Below, piece by piece: positions 29,381 through 39,286 of a stretch of DNA of 64,000 nt (position 1 is its first letter; each line of letters starts with the position of its first letter). The notes under the pieces are model-generated. The model saw nothing but the letters and a program-made list of their open reading frames with translations. It was not told the DNA's origin and searched no databases. The stretch spans positions 160,001 through 224,000 of the forward strand of contig CAVQEQ010000002.1 in the NCBI GenBank assembly GCA_963711565.1, read 5' to 3'. Position numbers and translations under genes: made by a program. The stretch is from an uncultured delta proteobacterium. Lineage in GTDB: Bacteria > Desulfobacterota > Binatia > Binatales > Binataceae.

Positions 29381-30895
29381 CTATCTCCGCAGCATGTCGA
29401 GCCGGCCGAGCATCCGCCATGCGGACGCATTCGGCGCGGCTACCGGCTGCGCGCCGGCGCCGTTGCCGTGATTGGCGTTCTTCTGCGCCGCGATAGCCGC
29501 GAGAAAAATCGCCGCCAGCTCCGCGCCGCAGGGGGCCCCGCCGTTTTGATTCGGATGGTACTCCTGGCTGATAAAATTAGTATCGAAATCGCCTTTCAGA
29601 AACCTGGGATGCGTGATGATCCAGCGATGGAAGTCGAGGTTGGTGCGCAGCTCTCCTGAAATAACAAATTCGCCGAGCGCGCGACGCATCCGGTCAATAG
29701 CCTGATCGCGATCCGCGCCCCAGACTGCCAGCTTGGAGATCATCGGATCGTAAAATACGGGCACTTCGGCGCCCGCGTAAACACCGGCGTCGTTGCGCAC
29801 GCCGGGACCGTCGGGAAATCTGAGCGTCTCGATCCTGCCCGGCGCCGGCACGAAGCCGGCCGCGGGATCTTCGGCATAGACGCGGCACTCGATCGCCCAT
29901 CCGCGTTGCGCGAGATCCTTTTGCTTGAACGGCAGCTTTGCGCCCGCCGCGATTTCAATCTGCGCTCGCACCAGATCGATGCCCGTCACCAGCTCGGTGA
30001 CGGGATGCTCGACCTGGATACGGGTGTTCATCTCGAGGAAATAAAAGTTGCGATCCGCGTCGGCCAGGAACTCGATCGTTCCCGCGCTGACGTAGTTCAC
30101 CGCCTTGGCTGCGCGCACCGCGACCTCGCCCATCTCGGCCCGCATCTTCGGCGTGATAAACGGCGACGGCGATTCCTCGACGACCTTCTGATGCCGCCGC
30201 TGAATCGAGCATTCGCGCTCGAAGAGGTGGACGGTGTTGCCGTGCGCGTCGGCCAGCACCTGCACTTCGATATGGCGCGGCTGCTTGAGAAATTTCTCGA
30301 CGTAGAAACGTCCGTCGCCGAATGACGACTTGGCCTCGCTTGCCACCGTGCGCACGATCGACGCGAGGTCCTTGCCGTTCTCGACGAAGCGCAAGCCCTT
30401 GCCGCCGCCGCCCGCCGCGGCCTTCACCATGATCGGAAACCCGATCTTTTTCGCGATCGCCGCGACTTCGGCTTCGGTCTCCAACGTGCCCGGCGATCCC
30501 GGCACTACTGGAACGCCGGCCTTCGACATCAGCTTGCGCGCTTCGACTTTGTCGCCCATCCGCTCGATCGCATCGGGCGGCGGGCCGATCCAGGTGAGGC
30601 CGGCTTTCTGCACCGCGCGTGCAAAGGCGGCCCGCTCGGAGAAAAATCCGTAACCCGGATGAACCGCGTCGGCCTTGAGCCGTTTCGCGGCTTCCAGAAT
30701 TTTTGCGGTATTGAGATAGCTCTCGGCCGCGGGCGGCGGGCCGACCGGGTACGCGTGGTCGGCTTCGCGCACGTGCAGTGCGGCGCGATCGGCGTCCGAG
30801 TACACTGCGATCGACTCGGTTCCCAACTCGCGGCACGCGCGGATGATCCGCACTGCGATCTCGCCGCGGTTGGCGATTAGAATCCGCTTGAACAT
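29381..30895 (-). CDS. pccA: Acyl-CoA carboxylase, biotin carboxylase subunit
   Basis: ANRGEIA, HPGYGF, GGGGKG, RECSIQRRHQK, EMNTRIQVEH. Confidence 0.9.
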   Translation of the reverse strand: MFKRILIANRGEIAVRIIRACRELGTESIAVYSDADRAALHVREADHAYPVGPPPAAESYLNTAKILEAAKRLKADAVHPGYGFFSERAAFARAVQKAGLTWIGPPPDAIERMGDKVEARKLMSKAGVPVVPGSPGTLETEAEVAAIAKKIGFPIMVKAAAGGGGKGLRFVENGKDLASIVRTVASEAKSSFGDGRFYVEKFLKQPRHIEVQVLADAHGNTVHLFERECSIQRRHQKVVEESPSPFITPKMRAEMGEVAVRAAKAVNYVSAGTIEFLADADRNFYFLEMNTRIQVEHPVTELVTGIDLVRAQIEIAAGAKLPFKQKDLAQRGWAIECRVYAEDPAAGFVPAPGRIETLRFPDGPGVRNDAGVYAGAEVPVFYDPMISKLAVWGADRDQAIDRMRRALGEFVISGELRTNLDFHRWIITHPRFLKGDFDTNFISQEYHPNQNGGAPCGAELAAIFLAAIAAQKNANHGNGAGAQPVAAPNASAWRMLGRLDMLRR

Positions 30896-30977
30896 CCGTC
30901 TTCCCTGGCCATCAAATTCTATACTGAATCCCGCCCACGCGAGCTAACCGCGCTGACCGGCGGGGCGACGATCTTTT

Positions 30978-32528
30978 TCAAAGTGGGATATTGCCGTGCT
31001 TGCGCGGCGGATTTTTTTCGCGCTTGTTCGCGAGCACCTTCAGCGCACTGATCACCTTGGGACGCGTGTCGCGCGGCATGATCACTTCATCTATATAGCC
31101 GAGCTCGGCCGCCTTGAACGGATTCGCAAAAGTCTTGCGATAGTCCTCGGTCAGCCGCGCGCGCTCGACCACCGCGTCTTTGGCCTTGGCGAGCTCGTTG
31201 CGAAAAACAATGTTGATCGCCTGCTCGGGTCCCATCACCGCAATCTCGGCGCTCGGGTACGCGAAGTTGAAGTCGCCGCGAATATGCTTCGACGACATGA
31301 CGTTGTACGCGCCGCCGTAAGCCTTGCGCGTGATCACCGTCACCTTCGGCACGGTCGCCTCGCAGAACGCGTAGAGCAGTTTCGCTCCGTGCCTGATTAT
31401 GCCCGCGAACTCCTGCTGGGTGCCGGGCAGAAATCCGGGCACATCGACGAACGTGACGAGTGGGATATTGAATGCGTCGCAGAAGCGCACGAAGCGCGCG
31501 GCCTTTACCGACGCGTCGATATCGAGCGCTCCCGCCAGGAACGACGGCTGATTCGCGACGATACCAACCGAATAACCGCCCATACGCGCAAACCCAATCA
31601 ACACGTTCTGCGCATAGTCCTTCTGCACTTCGAGGAAATGGCCGTCATCGACGACGCGCTGGATGATGTCCGCCATGCTGTAAGGCCTGTTCGGATTTTC
31701 GGGCACGATCGAATCGAGCGCGGGGTCCGTACGCGCAGCATCGTCATTGCTCGCGACGAACGGCGGATCTTCGACGTTGTTCGAGGGCATGTACGAGATC
31801 AGTTCGCGGATCATCGCGAGCGCGCCGGCGTCGTCGTCGGCCTCGAGATGACATACGCCCGACCTCTGGCTATGCGTGTCGGCGCCGCCCAGCTCCTGCA
31901 TCGTGACTTCCTCATGCGTGGTCGCGCGAATCACGTCGGGACCGGTGAGGAACATGTACGAGGTATCGCGCACCATCACGATGAAGTCCGTAATCGCCGG
32001 CGAATAGACCGCGCCGCCGGCGCACGGTCCCATGATTGCGGAAATTTGCGGGATCACTCCCGACGACATCACGTTGCGCAGAAAAATATCCGCATAGCCC
32101 GCCAGCGACACGACGCCTTCCTGGATTCGCGCGCCACTGCCGTCGTTGAGTCCGATCACGGGGCATCCGGTTTTGGTGGCGAGGTCCATCACCTTGCAGA
32201 CCTTCTCCGCGAACGCGCCCGACAGGCTGCCGCCGAAGACCGTGAAGTCGTGGCTGAAGATGCAGACCTGGCGTCCGTCGATCGTGCCGTAACCGGTCAC
32301 GACGCCGTCGCCGGGGACCTTTTTCTCGGCCATGTCGAAGTCGGTGATTCGATGCGTCTTGAACTTGTCGATCTCAACGAACGAGCCGCGATCGAGCAGA
32401 AACTCGACCCGCTCGCGCGCAGTCATGCGACCCTGGCCGCGCTGCTTCTTGACGCGATCGGCGCCGCCGGCGGCCTCCGCTTCGCGCGTGAGCTGTTGAA
32501 GTCGTTCGAGATTTTCTTTAAGGCCCAT
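30978..32528 (-). CDS. pccB: Propionyl-CoA carboxylase beta (carboxyltransferase) subunit
   Basis: [36 protein letters not shown]. Start MGLKENL. Confidence 0.93.
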   Translation of the reverse strand: MGLKENLERLQQLTREAEAAGGADRVKKQRGQGRMTARERVEFLLDRGSFVEIDKFKTHRITDFDMAEKKVPGDGVVTGYGTIDGRQVCIFSHDFTVFGGSLSGAFAEKVCKVMDLATKTGCPVIGLNDGSGARIQEGVVSLAGYADIFLRNVMSSGVIPQISAIMGPCAGGAVYSPAITDFIVMVRDTSYMFLTGPDVIRATTHEEVTMQELGGADTHSQRSGVCHLEADDDAGALAMIRELISYMPSNNVEDPPFVASNDDAARTDPALDSIVPENPNRPYSMADIIQRVVDDGHFLEVQKDYAQNVLIGFARMGGYSVGIVANQPSFLAGALDIDASVKAARFVRFCDAFNIPLVTFVDVPGFLPGTQQEFAGIIRHGAKLLYAFCEATVPKVTVITRKAYGGAYNVMSSKHIRGDFNFAYPSAEIAVMGPEQAINIVFRNELAKAKDAVVERARLTEDYRKTFANPFKAAELGYIDEVIMPRDTRPKVISALKVLANKREKNPPRKHGNIPL

Positions 32529-32635
32529 TTTGTCACAACCGCGATAAAGCTTGGATAGACGGCAAACAAAAAGGCGCCCATCACGCGCCACGGCAAGATA
32601 GATACCGCAAGTTGGCGGCGGGTTAAAGCGGGTCG

Positions 32636-33240
32636 TCAGGCGCGCTTGCGCGACATCAAGGAAGGCACCTGCTCTTGGGCAGACGACTGAGCCGCCAATA
32701 CCAGCCACTTGAAAGCATGCGCCTCGAACAAGCTGTCGCCTTTTCTGCCTGATTTGAACTTCGATGCCGCCGCCTTTAAGTCGCGATAAATCGTTTCGAG
32801 TTCGATGAAACTGGGACTTTTGGCGTTCCTGTAAAGAGCATTCGACAGAGCTTTGAGTACTCCTTCCGCGCGGCCGTGATGGATGAACGGGTCTGTACCG
32901 TTCAGATCGCTCAACGATTTCGTCAGTCGATGAGGAACTTCTTCGAGGACAAACCACCGATGCGTGAACCTGCCAATTGTTGCCCATGCCACGACAAGTC
33001 CCAGCTCGAAGGGCATATTGAATCGCGGCGTCCGCGGCTTTTCCCGATCGACCTGGACTCGCGAAAGATCGTGAAATGAATATTGGCAACCGCGAATCAA
33101 CTTCACGATTCGATCGAGCCTGCGGTCGCTGGTCGGAATCTCGAGAGTCGCGCGAGGCACAAGGCCAAAACCGCACAGGCCGCAATGAAGGCGAGGTACA
33201 GGGATTCGTATCGTTCGTCGTAAGGGACGTTCAGAAACGC
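32636..33240 (-). CDS. Hypothetical protein, NDT/TIR-like (HDLSR...RFNMPFELG); frameshift near 33180, start not evident
   Basis: [20 protein letters not shown] + (G)[13 protein letters not shown] joined across a 1-bp shift, followed by the ORF-track protein. Confidence 0.6.
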
Positions 33241-33551
33241 GGAGGGTTTTGTCGTTGTTCGTTCCCCTCTTTTGGAATCCGGCTGGCCGACGTTTTTCGA
33301 TGACGAAGATAGTCTTTCAGACTTCCGTACCCGGTCCTCTCGAGCAGCGTCTTCAGCTTGGCGTCGCCGCGAACTTCTTGTCCAAAATCCTCACCGTAGG
33401 TTTTACGAAGCGTGTCAACGCGCGTTCTTCGAGCGATGATTTCTTTTACCAGGTTCTCGATCTTCTTCTGGCGTGACTTCGAGATGCCGAGTTCTCTTGC
33501 CACATCGTCTAGAGATGGGAAGGGCGTAGTAATTAAAACTCTCTTGTTCAC
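33231..33551 (-). CDS. Small hypothetical protein with HTH-like N-terminus
   Basis: PSLDDVARELGISKS followed by VDTLRKTYGEDF..RGDAKLKTLL; promoter TTGACA-N18-TAACCT-N6-GTG. Confidence 0.65.
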   Translation of the reverse strand: MNKRVLITTPFPSLDDVARELGISKSRQKKIENLVKEIIARRTRVDTLRKTYGEDFGQEVRGDAKLKTLLERTGYGSLKDYLRHRKTSASRIPKEGNEQRQNPPRF

Positions 33552-33618
33552 AACTTGAGGTTACCGAGGTTGAAGGCATTTTGTCAAAGTTGTCGGCGCA
33601 TCACGCTCGGTCTGGAGG

Positions 33619-34101
33619 CTATTGCGACGCGTGGTTTGAAAAGCCTGAGAAGTCCATCCTGTCGCCGGGCTTGATTCCCTTCCTGGCACAGAAGCCGGCG
33701 TTTACTTCGAGCACGTACTCGGAGTCGCCTTCGACGCCGAGGAGCTTGTCGGAATATGGTTCCGCATTCGCGACGATTCCGACGATCCGGCCCGTCGCAT
33801 CCGCGAAAATCATGTCGAGCGAAATCGGCGTGTTGTGCATCCAGAAATTCCGCGGCGCCGCATTAGGAAAGACAAAGATCATCCCCGCGTTGTCGTCGAG
33901 ATGCTTGCGATACATCAGGCCAAACTCGCGTTGCGGCTCTGTGCTCGCAACTTCGACCGCAAGTGTGGCGCGCGGCTTGCCGTCAGGTGCGACGATCGAG
34001 ACGCATGGACCGCGCGCGCATCCGAGCAGCGCTAGCAGGACGACCACGAACGCAAATGGGCCGACTCGGGTGCGTCCGCGGCGATGCAAAACTCCGTCCA
34101 T
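33619..34101 (-). CDS. DUF192 domain protein
   Basis: VEVA..QREFGLMYR, GMIFVF, FWMHNTPISLDMIF, YVLEVNAG. Confidence 0.9.
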   Translation of the reverse strand: MDGVLHRRGRTRVGPFAFVVVLLALLGCARGPCVSIVAPDGKPRATLAVEVASTEPQREFGLMYRKHLDDNAGMIFVFPNAAPRNFWMHNTPISLDMIFADATGRIVGIVANAEPYSDKLLGVEGDSEYVLEVNAGFCARKGIKPGDRMDFSGFSNHASQ

Positions 34102-34140
34102 GCTCCGCCGCAATCTAGCGCGTCGATGAGGCGCGGGAAA

Positions 34141-35463
34141 TCAGATCGCGTTCGCTTCGGGCGATATCTCCTCGAGCTCGCGTCCCGAGGTCTCCGGGAA
34201 GAACCACAGGATAGCCGGCGCGATCATCCAGAAAACGGTCAGATAGCAGACCGCCCTCGAGAGAGAACCAGTAAGATTGTAGAGGACGCCCTCAAGGAAC
34301 AAGCCGAGTGCGCCGCCGGTGGTGCCCGCGATCGCTAGCGCGCTACTGGCGGTCGATCGATATGAGGTCGGAAACAGCTCGGCGCTGTAGGCACTGAGGA
34401 TCATCATTCCCGCAAAGTCGAAAAATGTCTCCAGTATCCATGCCGGCAGGATCAACCACCCCGACGCCGTGTACATCCAGATGGTCAGCAATGGCGCCAG
34501 GATCAGGAATGCGGTGCCCATCACGCGCCGTCCGAAGCGATCGCTCATTCGGCCGGCAATAATTGATCCGACGATTCCGAGCGCACCGCCGAAGAAAAAC
34601 AGCGATGAGACTTTGGCAGGGGACCAATTGTGCACGTCCTGCAAAAATTTCGGGAACAGGAAGCCCGCAGGGTTGCCGCCCATCGAGCTCAGGAACGAAA
34701 TCGACAGCATCATCGCCAGCCGTTTGGGATACGCAGTGTACAGGCGGGCAACAGGTTCCCAAACCTTCAGCGGCTTGAGTCCTTCGAGCTTCTCCTTCTC
34801 GAAGCGCGCGCTCTCCGGCAGCACGCGCCGCAGCGGAATAATGACCACCAGCGGAATCAGTGCGATCGCGTACATCCCGCGCCAGCCATAGGGAATCATA
34901 TTGACAAAGGCGAATACGATCGCGGCGAGGCCGTAGCCGATTGACGATACGGAGGCCAGCAGGCCAATGGCCCAACCTCGATAGGCCGCGTCAACTTCCT
35001 CCGCCACGATCACCATCGCGATCGCCGCTTCGGCGCCGGCGAACGCGCGCGCGATGATCTGGAATACGACGAAAGTCCTCTCGTTCGGTGCAATCGCGAT
35101 CAGGCCGGTGAAAACCGTGTAGCCGATAATCGTGTACAGCAGCAGGCGCCGGCGCCCGAACACGTCAGCGAATGGGGTCATGAGGAGCGAGAGGAGGTAC
35201 CCGAGCCGGATTACCGAGAGCATCGCGCCAAGTTGCGACTCGGCGATCTTGAGGCCGCTCTGGATTTGCTTGAGGGCGAGGCTCAGCAGCGCGCGATCAT
35301 ACTGATCGAAAAATCCCGCCGTCAACGCGATCCAAAACACGCGGCGCTGCCGCTTGGTAAAGGGCGGCGTCCTGCCCAGGAAGCCAAGATGGATGCTCTT
35401 GCGGTCCGCGTCCTCGGCCCCCGGACCGGCTTCGGGCTCGACTATGATTGCCGGATCGTTCAT
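34141..35463 (-). CDS. MFS transporter
   Basis: About 12 TM segments; ADVFGRRR, SDRFGRR, ELFPTSYRST, PETSGRELE. Confidence 0.92.
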   Translation of the reverse strand: MNDPAIIVEPEAGPGAEDADRKSIHLGFLGRTPPFTKRQRRVFWIALTAGFFDQYDRALLSLALKQIQSGLKIAESQLGAMLSVIRLGYLLSLLMTPFADVFGRRRLLLYTIIGYTVFTGLIAIAPNERTFVVFQIIARAFAGAEAAIAMVIVAEEVDAAYRGWAIGLLASVSSIGYGLAAIVFAFVNMIPYGWRGMYAIALIPLVVIIPLRRVLPESARFEKEKLEGLKPLKVWEPVARLYTAYPKRLAMMLSISFLSSMGGNPAGFLFPKFLQDVHNWSPAKVSSLFFFGGALGIVGSIIAGRMSDRFGRRVMGTAFLILAPLLTIWMYTASGWLILPAWILETFFDFAGMMILSAYSAELFPTSYRSTASSALAIAGTTGGALGLFLEGVLYNLTGSLSRAVCYLTVFWMIAPAILWFFPETSGRELEEISPEANAI

Positions 35464-35469
35464 TGGGAT

Positions 35470-36663
35470 TTACTCGATTGCCAGCGGCAAGGATTCGAGT
35501 CCGCGCAAAAAGTACGATCCTTTGTAGGTCGGTTTCAATGCGGCATCTTTAAGTCTCAGCTGCGGGAACCGCTCCAGCATCGCCTCGAAGGCAACGCGAG
35601 CCTCCATTCGCGCGAGCGGCGCGCCGATGCAGAAATGAATCCCTTCGCCGAACGCGACGTGGTCATTAGGGTCGCGCGTGATATCGAATTTTTCGGGATC
35701 CTTGAATTGTGCGGGGTCGCGATTTGCTGCCGCCACGATCATCAACGCGAATGCGCCCGCGGGAATCTCGGTTCCTCCTAGCTGCACAGGTTCCTTGGTG
35801 AACCGCACGGTTGATTGCACGGGGCCGTCGTAGCGCAGCATCTCTTCGATCGCGCGCGGCAGCATCGCAGGGTTGCGCTTGAGCGCGTCGAGCTGATCCG
35901 GATGGCATCCGAGCGCGAGCATACCGTTGCCGATCAGATTGGTCGTCGTCTCGTTGCCCGCGATCAGCAGCAGCGTGATGAAGCTTAACAGATCCGCTGC
36001 GGACAACGCCTCGCTCTCGTCGTGTGCCGCGACCAGCGCGCTTACCAAATCGGGTCCCGGCTTGGCGCGGCGCTTTTCAATTTCGGCGGTAAAGTAGCCG
36101 CCCAACTCGTCGATTGCGCGAATTGTTTCAGGCGGCTGCGGAGCGCCGGGAACATTGTTGTCGCCGCCGACGAGCTTGTCCGACCAACGCTTGAACTTCG
36201 CGTTCCATTCCGGCGGCACACCGAGCATCTCCGCGATCACCGTGACCGGCAGCACGTTGGCGAGATCCGCCATCACGTCGAACTCGCCCTTCGCCTCGAC
36301 CTTGTCGAGCTGCTCCTTGGCGATTTCGCGGATGCGCGGCTCGAGCTCGCGGATTCGGCGCGGCGTGAAGTCGCGCGACACCAGCCGGCGCAGGCGCGAA
36401 TGCTGCGGCGGATCGGATCCCAACATGTTGCGCGAGCCGGCAAAGAGGCCTTGATACGCCTGCGGCGGGGGCGGCGGTCCGACGCTCGAAAAGTGTTCGT
36501 GATCGCGCAGCGCGGCGGTGACATCGGCATAGCGCGCCACCAGCGCAAACGTCATCGGACCCATCTCGAGGAGCGGCGGCGGCCCCGCCAGCAGCCGGGC
36601 ATAGTGCGGGTACGGATTCGCGCGAAATTCCGGATCCCAAATGTTGAAATAAACTTCCGCCAT
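35470..36663 (-). CDS. Cytochrome P450
   Basis: AGNETT, EEMLR, FGEGIHFCIGAPLAR. Confidence 0.95.
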   Translation of the reverse strand: MAEVYFNIWDPEFRANPYPHYARLLAGPPPLLEMGPMTFALVARYADVTAALRDHEHFSSVGPPPPPQAYQGLFAGSRNMLGSDPPQHSRLRRLVSRDFTPRRIRELEPRIREIAKEQLDKVEAKGEFDVMADLANVLPVTVIAEMLGVPPEWNAKFKRWSDKLVGGDNNVPGAPQPPETIRAIDELGGYFTAEIEKRRAKPGPDLVSALVAAHDESEALSAADLLSFITLLLIAGNETTTNLIGNGMLALGCHPDQLDALKRNPAMLPRAIEEMLRYDGPVQSTVRFTKEPVQLGGTEIPAGAFALMIVAAANRDPAQFKDPEKFDITRDPNDHVAFGEGIHFCIGAPLARMEARVAFEAMLERFPQLRLKDAALKPTYKGSYFLRGLESLPLAIE

Positions 36664-36677
36664 GATGGGTCGCCCCC

Positions 36678-37883
36678 TCAGTCAGTCGCCATTGTGAGGG
36701 ACGCCAGGCCGCGAAGGAAGTAGGAACCTTTGTAGGTCACCGGCGCGGCGGGATCGGCCAGGCGCAGACGCGGGAAGCGCTCGAGCATCGCACCAATAGC
36801 GATTGCACCTTCCATCCGGGCCAGCGGCGCGCCGATACAGAAGTGGATGCCCTCGCCGAGCGCGACGTGGTCGCGAGGCGCGCGCGTGATGTCGAAACGA
36901 TCGGGATCATCGAACTGCGCCGGGTCGCGATTCGCCGCCGCGAGGATTATGAAGCAGCCCTGTTTGGCCGGAAGATCGGTACCGCCGAGGTTTATGTCTT
37001 CCTTGGTGAAGCGAATCGTCGATTGCACGGGTCCGTCGAAGCGCAGGATTTCCTCGATCGCGCGCGGCATCAGATCGGGAGTCTCGCGCAGCAGATTCAG
37101 CTGCGCGGGATTGCGTCCGAGCGCGAGCATCCCGTTGCCAATCAGGTTGGTCGTCGTTTCGTTGCCGGCGAGCAGCAGGAGCAGCACGAACGCGAGCAGT
37201 TCGTCGGCGTTCATCGCTTCGGCGTCGTCGTGCGCGGCGACGAGAGCGCTCACCAGGTCGGTGCCGGGATTTTTGCGGCGCCGTTCGATCTCGTCGGCGA
37301 AATAGGATCGCAGCGCATTTTTCGCGGTATGAAATTCCTCGGGCAGCGGAGTTCCCGGCAGAGTGTTGTCGCCCGAGACCACCGTGTCGGACCAGTGCTT
37401 GAACTGCTGGTAATGGTCGGGCGGCACGCCGAGCATCTCCGCAATAACCATCACCGGCAGCGCGTTCGCAATCCCGTGCATTACTTCGAGCTCGCCTTTG
37501 CCGACCGCAGCGTCGATAAGATTTTTCGCAATCTCGCGGATGCGCGGCTCCATGTCGCGGATGCGCCGCGGCGTGAAATCTCGCGAGACGAGGCGCCGCA
37601 GGCGAGTATGCAGCGGCGGATCGGAAAACAACATCGTGCGCGCACCGGCAAACGGTCCGTCGTCGTTAGTCTCATTGGGATCGCGCGGCCGCACGCTTGA
37701 AAAGTGCGCATGGTCGCGCAACGCAGCGGTGACATCGGCGTAGCGAGAGACCATCGCAGTCGGCCCGAACAGATCGAGAATCCGCGGCGGTCCGGCGAGC
37801 AGCGGTTTGTAGTGCGGATACGGATTGGCGCGAAACGCAGGATCCCATGGGTTGAAATAGATTTGCTCTGCGGCCTGGTTCAT
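36678..37883 (-). CDS. Cytochrome P450
   Basis: AGNETT, EEILR, LGEGIHFCIGAPLAR. Confidence 0.95.
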   Translation of the reverse strand: MNQAAEQIYFNPWDPAFRANPYPHYKPLLAGPPRILDLFGPTAMVSRYADVTAALRDHAHFSSVRPRDPNETNDDGPFAGARTMLFSDPPLHTRLRRLVSRDFTPRRIRDMEPRIREIAKNLIDAAVGKGELEVMHGIANALPVMVIAEMLGVPPDHYQQFKHWSDTVVSGDNTLPGTPLPEEFHTAKNALRSYFADEIERRRKNPGTDLVSALVAAHDDAEAMNADELLAFVLLLLLAGNETTTNLIGNGMLALGRNPAQLNLLRETPDLMPRAIEEILRFDGPVQSTIRFTKEDINLGGTDLPAKQGCFIILAAANRDPAQFDDPDRFDITRAPRDHVALGEGIHFCIGAPLARMEGAIAIGAMLERFPRLRLADPAAPVTYKGSYFLRGLASLTMATD

Positions 37884-37966
37884 GGTGAGTCGTCCTTGTG
37901 GGTTAATTTCATTTTCATCGCGCCGCATCGATTGCACTGCACCTCTGCGGGCTGCGCGCACTACCA

Positions 37967-37982
37967 AGCAATGGCAATGCCA
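37967..37982 (-). promoter_or_regulatory. Putative sigma54 -24/-12 promoter
   Basis: TGGCATTGCCATTGCT (GG-N10-GC), about 85 bp upstream of the P450 start at 37883. Confidence 0.5.
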
Positions 37983-38060
37983 CCGGTGCGGATCTATACA
38001 ATCGCGCGTGTTTTCATGCAGCCGACATGCATCAACGCGACTGCACGCAGTCCCGCCATG

Positions 38061-39281
38061 TCACTTGAGCGCCATCTCGAGACGGCTCAGCCCGCGCAGG
38101 AAATACGAGCCCTTGTAGGTCACAGGGGCGTCGGGATTTTTCAGCCGAAGATGCGGGAATCGTTCGAGCGCGCTGCCGATCGCGATCGCACCTTCCATCC
38201 GTGCGAGCGGCGCGCCGATACAGAAGTGGATTCCCTCGCCGAATGCCACGTGATCGTTTGGCGTGCGCGTGATGTCGAACTTCTCGGGATCCTTGAATTG
38301 CGCCGGGTCGCGATTCGCCGCCGCTGTGATCACGAACACCCCCATTCCCGATGCGATCGGCGTCCCGCCGACGGTAGTATCTCTCGTCGCGGTGCGGAAC
38401 GTTGATTGCACAGGCCCGTCGTAGCGCAGCATCTCCTCGATCGCGCCGCGCATCAGATCGGGCTTTGATTGCAGCGCCGCCATCGACGCGGGGTTGCGCC
38501 CCAGCGCGAGCATCCCGTTGCCAATCAGATTGGTCGTCGTCTCGTTGCCGGCGAGCAGCAAGAGCACGACGAACTGCAACAGCTCGTCGGCGCTCAGCGC
38601 TTCGGCCTCATCGTGCGCCGCGACGAGCGCGCTCACTAAGTCCGTCCCCGGATTCTTGCGCCGCCGCGCGATCTCGGCGAGGAAGTATGCCCTCAGTTCG
38701 GCGAAGGCGCTCTTGATTTCGTCGGGGATCGGCATTCCGGGGAGAGTGTTGTCCGCTTCGATTATCTTGTCCGACCAATGTTTGAATTGGCGGTATTCCT
38801 CGTGCGGCACGCCGAGCAAGTCGCTGATCACCATCACCGGCAGCGGGTTGGCGAGATCCGCCATCACGTCGAACTCGCCCTTGCGTTCGGCGGCGTCGAT
38901 TAGATTTTTGGCGATCTCGCGGATGCGCGGTTCCAGTTCGCGGATTCGGCGCGGGGTGAAGTCGCGCGAGACCAGCCGGCGCAGCCGCGTTTGCGTCGGG
39001 GGATCGGAGCCGAGCATCGTCGGGGCGTCACCGAATACTTTCGTCTGCTCGTCGAATCCCATCCCGGCCGGCTGGACACTCAAGAAGGTCGCATGGTCCA
39101 TCAGGATCGCGCGCACGTCGGCATAACGAGCGGCCAGCACGAATTTGAATCCCATGTCGATAATTCGGGGCGGTCCCGCCAGCAGCGGGCGGTAATGCGG
39201 ATACGGATTAGCGCGGAAGTTTTCGTCCCACGGATTAAAGTAGATGTCCTGTGCGGCCTGCGTCTCGATTGATCCGCTCAT
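38061..39281 (-). CDS. Cytochrome P450
   Basis: AGNETT, EEMLR, FGEGIHFCIGAPLAR. Confidence 0.95.
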   Translation of the reverse strand: MSGSIETQAAQDIYFNPWDENFRANPYPHYRPLLAGPPRIIDMGFKFVLAARYADVRAILMDHATFLSVQPAGMGFDEQTKVFGDAPTMLGSDPPTQTRLRRLVSRDFTPRRIRELEPRIREIAKNLIDAAERKGEFDVMADLANPLPVMVISDLLGVPHEEYRQFKHWSDKIIEADNTLPGMPIPDEIKSAFAELRAYFLAEIARRRKNPGTDLVSALVAAHDEAEALSADELLQFVVLLLLAGNETTTNLIGNGMLALGRNPASMAALQSKPDLMRGAIEEMLRYDGPVQSTFRTATRDTTVGGTPIASGMGVFVITAAANRDPAQFKDPEKFDITRTPNDHVAFGEGIHFCIGAPLARMEGAIAIGSALERFPHLRLKNPDAPVTYKGSYFLRGLSRLEMALK

Positions 39282-39286
39282 TGCAC

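Noticed and set aside
23419-32558. Long antisense ORFs (e.g. 23419-24705, 27768-28871, 30996-32558)
   Set aside because: Shadow frames of high-GC coding genes, with no protein motifs.
30978-33185. 735-aa extended PccB
   Set aside because: The extension overlaps another gene in a different frame; the real start is MGLKENL at 32528.
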